NCBI RefSeq assembly: GCF_008065095.1
Contig: NZ_CP042911.1
Span: 8,400,001-8,432,000 of the forward strand
DNA length: 32,000 bases
From: Gemmata obscuriglobus
GTDB taxonomy: Bacteria; Planctomycetota; Planctomycetia; Gemmatales; Gemmataceae
Direction of reading: 5' to 3'
In this document: positions 1 to 6,934 of the stretch, in pieces
Layout: each line of letters begins with the position of its first letter
Numbering within the stretch: position 1 is the stretch's first letter
The notes under the pieces: generated by a model
Told to the model about the DNA's origin: nothing
What the model saw: only the letters and a program-made list of their open reading frames with translations
Databases searched by the model: none
Position numbers and translations under genes: made by a program

Positions 1-81
1 GTTCGGCTTCGAGGGCCGTTCGCAGGGCGGTGATCTGTTCGGCCGATCCGGCACGAGGGTTGAACAGTACGCACACCTTCA
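1..81 (-). CDS. 5' end (27 codons) of a probable diacylglycerol/lipid-kinase-family protein; the gene continues beyond the window edge
   Basis: A reverse-strand ATG at 79-81 gives MKVCVLFNPRAGSAEQITALRTALEAE. This is the hydrophobic-xx-NPxxG opening typical of DAGK-catalytic-domain lipid kinases. Third positions are G/C-rich. There is no clear SD, and the fragment is too short to be sure. Confidence 0.35.
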
Positions 82-469
82 TGGAGATCTGCCACCGCCG
101 AAATAGAGTGGGCGTCGCCGCGCCGAGTCCGTGACCGCACGTGCGAATGCGATTTCCGGGCCGTTTCCATCCGCGCCCGGTTAAATCACGAGGCATCGTA
201 CCAGATTACGGTGTGTCGCGCGAAGCGGCCGGGGCCACTTCGAGGCTTCGCGGACACAAATATCGGATCAAACGTCGAGCGATCACGTTAGACACGCCGC
301 ACCGAGAAAAGTGCCGCACGTGGTACAGATGTAGTGTTCCGACGTATCGCAGTGGCGCCGAAGCGGCCCACTTCGGCAGGCATCACCCCAGCGGAGTGCG
401 GGCGATCGCTCAACAGCCGGGGGGAGGAGAAGAACCGCTCGCCCCGGCGGCCCGACAAGCCATTGGACC

Positions 470-1963
470 CTACTTTACCCGCAGAGTGATCTCATACCGC
501 AGTTGGTTGTTGATGCTCGGCTGAGCACCCGCCGGGGGCGCGCCGGTCAGCGTGAACGTGTTGCCCTTCAGTTCGTACACGAACGGCTTGAGCGTGTCGG
601 GGTCTTCGGGCACCGGCACCAGCTTGATGTCGGCCAGCGATTTGGGCGGCTTGCCGTCGCCGGCGGCCGCGTGCAACCGGACGGCCTCGACGGCGCGCAT
701 CAGCGCGACCCGGCGGTTCAGCCGGCTGTGCGCCTCGAACGTCTTCTCGATCGCGGGCACGTTCATCGCGAACACGCTGACGATCGGGTCGCCGCTCTCC
801 TTGCGCAACTTTTCGGACCGCTCGCGCACCTTCGTAATCTCGGTGCGGGCGTCGGGGACGTTCAGGCTGAAGCACTTCGCGAGGTCGTCGTTGTACGACC
901 GGTACGCGGCGACCGCCCGCAGCGCCACTACCTGCGCCGCAGGCATCTCCTTGATCGCCGCCGCGTCCCAGCCCAGGGTGAGGAGTTGCTTCCGCGCGCC
1001 CTGGTAGTTCATGGTGGCGTACGCCGTCGTACCGATGCCGCCGGTGCCGATCTGCTTGTCGTCGGGGCGGCCCATCGTCTGGAACGCGGTCATCATCTCT
1101 TCGAGCAGCGCGTTCGCGCGGTCCGTCGAGAGCGCCCCCTTTTCGAGCAGCCGCGCGTTCGGGAACAGGTTGTCGAACAGCCGGGCTTCGCCCTCGAACG
1201 CGATCCGCGGGTCGATGACCGGGCGCGGAAGGGTGGTGAGCGCCCAGTACATGTTCGGGCTGCCCGGGCGCTGAATCAGGTGATCCACTTCGCCCAGGAA
1301 AATGCTGGCGACCGCGACGCCGACGAGCGTGTGAATCAGCGTCGGGCCTTCGCCCACGTCCTTGCCGAGCCGCATCCCGATTTGGATGCAGTGGACGGCC
1401 TCGTCGAACTTCCCCTCCGCGAGCGCGACGCGGGTCCGCAGCTTCTGGAACCGCGCCAGTTCACGGAAGGTTTGCACCTCCGCGAGCAACCCGTCGATGT
1501 TACCGACCGACAGCTTGGAGCCCAGCTCCCAGTCGCACCGGTCGGCCCGTGCGGCGTCGTCGAGCGCGCGGAACGAGGCCGCGTGTGTCGCAAGGTACTT
1601 CTTCACCTCCGCCAGCGGCAGGGCGTCGACGGTCCCCTCTTCCCATCGGATGAGCGTGTCCTGGAGCTTTTTCGATTCCTGGGCGTCACGGGGCCAACTC
1701 GGCTGGAGCAGTTTCGCGCGGTGGTAGTCCATCGCGGCGTTGCCCGGCTTGCGGTCGCGGAGCCGGGGCAACAGTTCGTACTTGAGTGCCGGCGCCGCGG
1801 CCGGGGCCGGCGACGCCGCGAGCCGGGTGACGAGCGCGGCCGGCGAGTGGGAACGCTCCACACCGTCGGGCGGGGCGTCCTTTTTCGGCTCGGGCGCGCG
1901 TTCTGGTGGTTGTGCCCCCGCGAGCGCGCACGCCAGGAGCAGGAAGATCAACACGCGTGCCAT
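470..1963 (-). CDS. Secreted hypothetical protein (497 aa, signal peptide, mostly helical); last gene of the ECF sigma operon
   Basis: I trimmed track ORF 470..2116 to the ATG at 1961-1963, giving MARVLIFLLLACALAGAQPPE, a signal peptide. GGAGG (rc of 1972-1976) lies 8 nt upstream. The gene starts 20 nt after the anti-sigma-like gene. Third-position G/C bias is strong. I recognise no family. Confidence 0.75.
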   Translation of the reverse strand: MARVLIFLLLACALAGAQPPERAPEPKKDAPPDGVERSHSPAALVTRLAASPAPAAAPALKYELLPRLRDRKPGNAAMDYHRAKLLQPSWPRDAQESKKLQDTLIRWEEGTVDALPLAEVKKYLATHAASFRALDDAARADRCDWELGSKLSVGNIDGLLAEVQTFRELARFQKLRTRVALAEGKFDEAVHCIQIGMRLGKDVGEGPTLIHTLVGVAVASIFLGEVDHLIQRPGSPNMYWALTTLPRPVIDPRIAFEGEARLFDNLFPNARLLEKGALSTDRANALLEEMMTAFQTMGRPDDKQIGTGGIGTTAYATMNYQGARKQLLTLGWDAAAIKEMPAAQVVALRAVAAYRSYNDDLAKCFSLNVPDARTEITKVRERSEKLRKESGDPIVSVFAMNVPAIEKTFEAHSRLNRRVALMRAVEAVRLHAAAGDGKPPKSLADIKLVPVPEDPDTLKPFVYELKGNTFTLTGAPPAGAQPSINNQLRYEITLRVK

Positions 1964-1983
1964 GTCTGGTCCCTCCGGATGCT

Positions 1984-2430
1984 TCACTTCTCGCCCGGCG
2001 GGGGCGCCGAGGGGCCGAGGGGGGGCAGCGCGCCGAGCCCGACCGTGAGCACCTCGTTGCGGACCCCGAACCAGCGGACCGCCGCGCCCGGTTCGGGCGC
2101 CGGGCTGTCGGTCCACGACGGGGCGGGCGCGGGTTCCACCGCGGGCGCGGCGCCCTTCGGCGGGGGCGTGAACCGGTCGATGTACACGATGCGCTCGGTC
2201 GGCTGGGGAGCGGGCCGGAAGACGAGCACCACGGCCAACCCGACCGCGACCAGCGCGCAGCCCCCCGCGACGACGCGCCAGAACAGAAGCGCCCGGGCCT
2301 TGGACTCCCGCCCCGCGGCGAACATGAGCGCGTGCCAGTTGAACCCGTGCGGGGACGGGTCGAGCTGCGCGAGTGCGACCGCGAGCGGGTCGGGCCGGTT
2401 CGGCGGATGCTGGGGTGCGGGGGTGCTCAT
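1984..2430 (-). CDS. Single-pass membrane protein, probable anti-sigma factor (148 aa)
   Basis: The ATG at 2428-2430 overlaps the TGA of the upstream sigma gene (ATGA, 4-nt overlap). There is one TM segment (LLFWRVVAGGCALVAVGLAVVLVF) and a Pro/Ala-rich C-terminal part. The assignment rests on position directly downstream of an ECF sigma. No zinc anti-sigma motif is visible. Confidence 0.6.
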   Translation of the reverse strand: MSTPAPQHPPNRPDPLAVALAQLDPSPHGFNWHALMFAAGRESKARALLFWRVVAGGCALVAVGLAVVLVFRPAPQPTERIVYIDRFTPPPKGAAPAVEPAPAPSWTDSPAPEPGAAVRWFGVRNEVLTVGLGALPPLGPSAPPPGEK

Positions 2431-2918
2431 GTGGCTCGAACGGGGCGCTCGGCCCCGAGTTTCTGGCGGAGGGTTTCGATGCCCGCGGCGTAGCGCCGGT
2501 AGCAGGTCGCGGCGGAACTGCCCACCGCTTGAGCGATCTGCTCGAACGTCAGCCCGCCCCACAGGTGCGCCACGATGATCTCGCGCGTCTCGGCGGGGAG
2601 GACGGAGAGGGCTTCGGAAGCGGCCCGCGCGTCCAGCCCGGTGGGGTCGTAGGACGGCTGGAACCACCGGGGCGCGCTGTCGGCGGCGGCGGCCTCGTAC
2701 CGGTGCCGCCGGCGGGCCGCCCGGCTGGCGTCGATGGCCCCGTTCCGCACCACCTTGTAGAGCCACGGGAGCAGGTTGTCCGGCGGGGTGCCGAGGCGGA
2801 CCAGCTTGAGGAACGCGGTCTGCACCACGTCCTCCGGGGTCGCGCACCACTGCCGCGCGTACAGCACGAGTGCCGCCGCGTACCGATCGACCAGTTCGGC
2901 TAGCTGCTCCGGTCCCAT
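2427..2918 (-). CDS. RNA polymerase ECF-type sigma-70 factor (163 aa)
   Basis: Region 2 is recognisable (PEDVVQTAFLKLV..., LPWLYKVVRNGAIDASRAARRR), as is region 4 (LSVLPAETREIIVAHLWGGLTFEQIAQAVGSSAATCYRRYAAGIETLRQKL). The ATG is at 2916-2918. Confidence 0.85.
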   Translation of the reverse strand: MGPEQLAELVDRYAAALVLYARQWCATPEDVVQTAFLKLVRLGTPPDNLLPWLYKVVRNGAIDASRAARRRHRYEAAAADSAPRWFQPSYDPTGLDARAASEALSVLPAETREIIVAHLWGGLTFEQIAQAVGSSAATCYRRYAAGIETLRQKLGAERPVRAT

Positions 2919-3106
2919 CGAAAGGTACTAACGCCGCTCCCGCCGTGGCATTTCAGGCGCCCGCGGCGCCACTATATCAAACGCAGTCGTTTCGGGGTTT
3001 CGGGTTCCCACTCTGCGGCGAAAATCGCTCGGCGTCGTGGAATGCAGACCCTTCCGAACGTATGACCTGGAACGCAGGCGTGGAACCGGAAACGATCGGA
3101 ACGGGC

Positions 3107-3802
3107 ATGAAACTCACCCCTCTGGGCGATCAGGCGGTGCTGGCGTACCTCGCGGACGAACCCGCGGCGGTGGCGCTCGCCGCGACGGTACGCGCGGCTA
3201 ACCCCGTCTGGCTGTTCGATGTCGTCCCGGCCTACGCGAGCGTCGGGGTGTTCTTCGACGCCGACCAAATTCGCGCCGCAGACGTAATGGATTGGCTGAA
3301 CGCGCTGGCGAGCGAGAAGAGCGAACCCTCCGAGGCCGTGCTCGGCGGCAATGCCCACTCGGGGGGCTCACGCCCCCCACTCGCCTTTCGCGTTCCCGTG
3401 TGTTACGAGATGCAACTCGACCTGGCCCGTGTGTGCGAGCACACCGGCCTCTCGGCCGACGCCGTCATCGAGCGGCACACGGCGACCGTTTACACGGTGT
3501 ACGCAATCGGGTTCGTGCCGGGGTTCCCGTATTTGGGGTATCTGCCATCGGAACTGTGTGGGGTGCGACGGCTGCCGAGCCCCCGGACGCGGGTCGAGCC
3601 CGGGAGCGTCGGGCTGACGGGCCGCCAGACGGGCATTTATCCGCTGGCGCGCCCCGGCGGCTGGAACCTGATCGGCCGAACGCCGCTGACGATTGTGGAC
3701 GTGGCCGACGGGTTCTTCCCGCTGCGGGTGGGGGACACGGTCCGCTTCGAGCGCATCGACGAGGCGCGGTACCGTCAGTTAGAAGGCGAGCGATTGAAGT
3801 AA
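3107..3802 (+). CDS. pxpB: 5-oxoprolinase subunit B / KipI-allophanate hydrolase subunit 1 family
   Basis: The ATG at 3107 gives MKLTPLGDQAVLAYL..., a typical family N-terminus. Family core motifs are present: YAIGFVPGFPYLGYLP and PRTRVEPGSVGLTGRQTGIYPLARPGGWNLIGRTP. The upstream part of track ORF 2870..3802 looks non-coding. Confidence 0.85.
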   Translation: MKLTPLGDQAVLAYLADEPAAVALAATVRAANPVWLFDVVPAYASVGVFFDADQIRAADVMDWLNALASEKSEPSEAVLGGNAHSGGSRPPLAFRVPVCYEMQLDLARVCEHTGLSADAVIERHTATVYTVYAIGFVPGFPYLGYLPSELCGVRRLPSPRTRVEPGSVGLTGRQTGIYPLARPGGWNLIGRTPLTIVDVADGFFPLRVGDTVRFERIDEARYRQLEGERLK

Positions 3803-3803
3803 A

Positions 3804-3866
3804 TCGAAAGCGAAAAGGCAAAAGGGAACGGCTAACGCTGTTTCCCTTTTGCCTTTTCGCTTTCGA
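3804..3866. terminator. Perfect 25-bp inverted repeat (63 nt) between convergent pxpB and the ABC permease; probable bidirectional terminator
   Basis: 3804-3828 (tcgaaagcgaaaaggcaaaagggaa) is the exact reverse complement of 3842-3866, with a 13-nt loop. On the minus-strand transcript the stem is followed by UUUACUUCAAUC, and on the plus strand by CCUUUGAC. It starts 2 nt after the pxpB stop. Confidence 0.6.
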
Positions 3867-3891
3867 CCTTTGACGGACCCGAAGGGGCGGC

Positions 3892-5406
3892 TCAACCGTC
3901 GCGCTTGGCGAACCGCCACGAGGCGAGCCCAAGCGCCAGGGCGATGAAGATCAGCGACACGCTGACGGCCCCGCCGAACGACGGGAACTCGACCAGCAGC
4001 CCGAGCAACCGCGACAAACCGGTCGGCAGGTTCGCGTCGGCGATCAGCTTGGTCGTCAGCTTGTCCAGGTCCTTGTACCGCGGCAGGATGTTGTTGAGCG
4101 TGTCCACCAGGGTGTACGACCACTCGGGCAAGTTCACCTGCTGGGTCACCTTGTTGCGGTCGAAGAACCCTTTGACGACCCCACCGATCACCCACATCCC
4201 GAACATGAACCCGACCGAAATCAGGATGGACGCGATCGCGCTGCGGGTCAGCACCGCGACCAGCGTGGACACCGCGTACACGACCGCGAACGTGAACGTC
4301 AGCGCCGGAATCACCAGCAAGAAGCTCGGGTCCCAGTACCCGGAGCGGATCGCCGTGACCAGCCACACCAGCCCGATGGTGAACGTCGAAACCAGGAAGA
4401 TGAACGTCAGCCCGCCGATGTACTTGTAAACGAGCAGTTGCACCCGGCCGATCGGCTTGGAGATCAGCAGGTCCAGGCTCCCCTTGCGGAGCATGTTCGG
4501 GATGAAGAACGCGGTGATGACGACGCTCAGGAGGAGTGTGACCGCGGCCCCGATCCCGTTCACCAACTGATCCTGGACGAAGTACACCGCCAACCCCAGC
4601 GGGACCCGATCGATGGTGAACGCCTTGAACAGGATGTGGATCTTGTGCGGCCACCCGCGGGCGCCGGTCACGCTCTTGAGCGTCACCTCGAACTGGTACT
4701 CGGGTTCCGCCACCCCCGGTTTGCGCTTCACGACCACGTCCGACTTGCTCACACCGACGAACGTAACGAACTGCGACTGCAGGAACTCGGCCATGTCCTC
4801 GTCGGACACGCCCTTGATGTCCTCGTCTTTCATGTTCGGGGGCATCACGATTTCGAGCTTCTTGTCGGTCCCGCCCTGGTTGAGGAGCCGGTTCCGGTTC
4901 TGGCGCGGGTCCTCCTTGATCTTCTCGCCGGCCGGCAGCTTCCACGCCGCTACCGCGAACCGGAACACGTCCGCCCCGCCGGGGGGCTTGGGTTTGGGCT
5001 TCTTCTCCTCTTTCTTTTCGTCCTTCTTTTCGTCCGTGGCGCCGCCTTCTTTCACAGATGACGCGTCGTTCGCGGCCCCGGCTTTGCGCGTGCGGAACGG
5101 CTGGTCCGTGTACTCGACGGTCAGGTTGAACGTCATGGTTCCGTCGGCCGCTAACCCGGCTTCGGACGGCGTGTACGCGAGCGGCATCGGCATCCCGACC
5201 GGGTACTGGCTGCGGCCCTTGTCCGGGAACACGATGTTGAACTGGTCGAGCACCGCGGGCAGGCCCTCGCCCGGCCCCTCGGGCTCGTACGACACGCTCC
5301 CCACGAGCACCACCATCAGCAGCGCCAGCGCGAGCATCAGGTAGATGACGAACCCGTCCACGGCCTCGCGGAACGAGTCTTTCAGGATGGCGAAGAACTG
5401 TTGCAC
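3892..5406 (-). CDS. ABC-2-type transporter permease with a large extracytoplasmic loop (504 aa)
   Basis: The GTG start at 5404-5406 lies 3 nt after the stop of the ABC ATPase gene. There is an N-terminal TM, a loop of about 230 aa, then 5 or more TM segments (e.g. GIGAAVTLLLSVVITAFFIP, LTFIFLVSTFTIGLVWLV, FLLVIPALTFTFAVVYAV). Confidence 0.85.
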   Translation of the reverse strand: MQQFFAILKDSFREAVDGFVIYLMLALALLMVVLVGSVSYEPEGPGEGLPAVLDQFNIVFPDKGRSQYPVGMPMPLAYTPSEAGLAADGTMTFNLTVEYTDQPFRTRKAGAANDASSVKEGGATDEKKDEKKEEKKPKPKPPGGADVFRFAVAAWKLPAGEKIKEDPRQNRNRLLNQGGTDKKLEIVMPPNMKDEDIKGVSDEDMAEFLQSQFVTFVGVSKSDVVVKRKPGVAEPEYQFEVTLKSVTGARGWPHKIHILFKAFTIDRVPLGLAVYFVQDQLVNGIGAAVTLLLSVVITAFFIPNMLRKGSLDLLISKPIGRVQLLVYKYIGGLTFIFLVSTFTIGLVWLVTAIRSGYWDPSFLLVIPALTFTFAVVYAVSTLVAVLTRSAIASILISVGFMFGMWVIGGVVKGFFDRNKVTQQVNLPEWSYTLVDTLNNILPRYKDLDKLTTKLIADANLPTGLSRLLGLLVEFPSFGGAVSVSLIFIALALGLASWRFAKRDG

Positions 5407-5409
5407 GGT

Positions 5410-6378
5410 TCACTCCCCCCCGCCGACCGGGCGTGCGCGGCGGCGGCGGCCGCGGTCCACGCCGGGCTCGGCCCCTTCCACGGTCGTCATGAACACGTCT
5501 TCCAGCGACTGCTTCTTCTCGACGATGTGGGTCACCGTCAGCCCCTGGCCGGAGAGCAGCTTCATCACCGGCTCGATGGTCTGCCCGTCCGGCAGCGTCA
5601 CCTCGACGTGCCCCGGGGTGTCCGGCAGCTTGCGCACCGTGAACCCCAGTTGCGCGACGGCGTCGGTCGGGAACGTCTGGCCGGCCAGCAGCCCGAGGAC
5701 GAACGTCCCCTTCGTCTTGGTCAGCTCGGCGATGGTGCCTTCGCGCACCAGCTTGCCCTGCTGGAGGATGGCCACCCGGTCGCAGATGAGTTCCACCTCG
5801 CCGAGCAGGTGCGAGTTGAGGAAGATGGTGTGGCCGTCGTCCTTGAGCTGCGCCATGAGGTCGCGGATCTCAGCCCGGCCCATCGGGTCCACGCCGTCGG
5901 TCGGCTCGTCGAGGATGATGAGGTCCGGGCGGTGCAGCATCGCCTGCGCGATGCCGAGCCGCTGCTTCATGCCCTTCGAGTACGTTTTGATCTTGTAGTG
6001 CATGCGGCCGGCGATCCCGACCTGCTCGAGCGTCTCGGGGATGCGCTTCTTGCGCTCGGCGCTCGGCACCCCGTACAGGCTGCCGTAGAAGTCCATCAGC
6101 GAGTACCCGGTGTGGTACCCGGGGAACGCGTGGTCCTCGGGCAGGTACCCGACCCGGCGGCGGGCGTTCGCGTCGCCGGCCGGGGCGCCCAGGAGCGACG
6201 CCTGCCCCTCGGTCAGCCCGACGATCCCGAGCAGGATCTTGATGAGCGTGGTCTTGCCGGCGCCGTTCTGGCCGAGAAGTCCGTAGATCTGTCCCTTCTC
6301 GACCCGGAGCGACACGCCCTTAAGGGCCTGGAGCCGGCCGTAGGTCTTGCGAAGCTCAACCGTCTCGATCACCGACAC
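5410..6378 (-). CDS. ABC transporter ATP-binding protein (322 aa, with C-terminal accessory domain)
   Basis: Walker A (GLLGQNGAGKTT), signature (YSKGMKQRLGIA) and Walker B (LIILDEPTDGVD) are all present. The GTG start is at 6376-6378, with GGAGG about 6 nt upstream. Confidence 0.95.
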   Translation of the reverse strand: MSVIETVELRKTYGRLQALKGVSLRVEKGQIYGLLGQNGAGKTTLIKILLGIVGLTEGQASLLGAPAGDANARRRVGYLPEDHAFPGYHTGYSLMDFYGSLYGVPSAERKKRIPETLEQVGIAGRMHYKIKTYSKGMKQRLGIAQAMLHRPDLIILDEPTDGVDPMGRAEIRDLMAQLKDDGHTIFLNSHLLGEVELICDRVAILQQGKLVREGTIAELTKTKGTFVLGLLAGQTFPTDAVAQLGFTVRKLPDTPGHVEVTLPDGQTIEPVMKLLSGQGLTVTHIVEKKQSLEDVFMTTVEGAEPGVDRGRRRRARPVGGGE

Positions 6379-6511
6379 GGGCGCCTCCGGTGCATGGGGC
6401 CGCTGACTTCAACGAATGTGCCGTCACGCAGAAGATACGGACAACCCGGCGCGGGAGCAATGGAGTACAACAACGGGGGGCCGAACCTGTACAACCGCGA
6501 GGGCCGCTGCC

Positions 6512-6871
6512 GTGCCGAAGTTAACCGTCGAAGGTGTGGGGGAGTTCGAGGTGCCCGCGGGCAAGCGGCTCGTGCTGGCGCTGGTGGACGAGGCGGGCGT
6601 GGACCAGCTCCACGCCTGCGGGGGCAAGGCCGCGTGTACGACCTGCAAAGTGGAGTTCGTTTCCGGCGAGCCCGACCAGATGACGGAGGCCGAGAAGCGG
6701 GTGCTCGCGGCCAAGGGGCTGAGCGGGGTGCGGCTGAGCTGTCAGATCGCGTGCGACGCGGACCTGGCGGTGAGGTGCGTGAGCCGGTTCGCCGGCAGCG
6801 GGCGCAAGAACGCAGGGACGCGCCCGGGCGACGCGATCGACCCGCCCCCGGCCTGGACGACGAAGGGGTGA
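6512..6871 (+). CDS. [2Fe-2S] ferredoxin (adrenodoxin-like Cys spacing)
   Basis: The Cys ligand pattern is C-x5-C-x2-C-x31-C (HACGGKAACTTCKV ... LSCQI). I chose the GTG at 6512 (VPKLTVEG...) because the first 32 codons of track ORF 6416..6871 have atypical third positions. The start is uncertain. Confidence 0.75.
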   Translation: MPKLTVEGVGEFEVPAGKRLVLALVDEAGVDQLHACGGKAACTTCKVEFVSGEPDQMTEAEKRVLAAKGLSGVRLSCQIACDADLAVRCVSRFAGSGRKNAGTRPGDAIDPPPAWTTKG

Positions 6872-6905
6872 GACGGGGAGGAGCCCCGGAGCGGTCGGCA
6901 CCGGC

Positions 6906-6928
6906 GCCGCGGGTGCGCCGCCCGCGGC
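6906..6928. terminator. Short GC hairpin between convergent ferredoxin and chemoreceptor genes
   Basis: gccgcggg (6906-6913) pairs with cccgcggc (6921-6928) across a 7-nt loop, followed by tgttgc on the plus strand. The U-tract is weak. Confidence 0.3.
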
Positions 6929-6934
6929 TGTTGC

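Noticed and set aside
82-469. The 388-bp GC-poorer region upstream of the lipid-kinase-like gene, screened on the minus strand for riboswitch cores (cobalamin GCCACTG context, c-di-GMP, TPP, SAM)
   Set aside because: I found only an isolated GCCACTG heptamer and small hairpins (e.g. gccgaag-N7-cttcggc at 357-377, and gccgggg/ccccggc at 416-448). No full conserved core of any riboswitch class I know could be recognised.
141-524. A 127-aa plus-strand ORF in the 82-469 intergenic region
   Set aside because: The translation is Arg-rich with mixed third positions. It runs into the 3' end of the convergent secreted-protein gene. There is no SD and no family resemblance.
503-2578. A 691-aa plus-strand ORF spanning the secreted-protein, anti-sigma and sigma genes
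   Set aside because: It is antisense to three minus-strand genes that have clear signal peptide, TM and sigma motifs and proper SDs. The translation is low-complexity and Arg-rich.
3779-5413. A 544-aa minus-strand ORF overlapping the ABC-2 permease in another frame
   Set aside because: It is on the same strand as the permease but in a different frame. The product is Arg/Gly-rich with no TM segments, whereas the 3892..5406 frame gives a coherent membrane protein that starts 3 nt after the ATPase gene.
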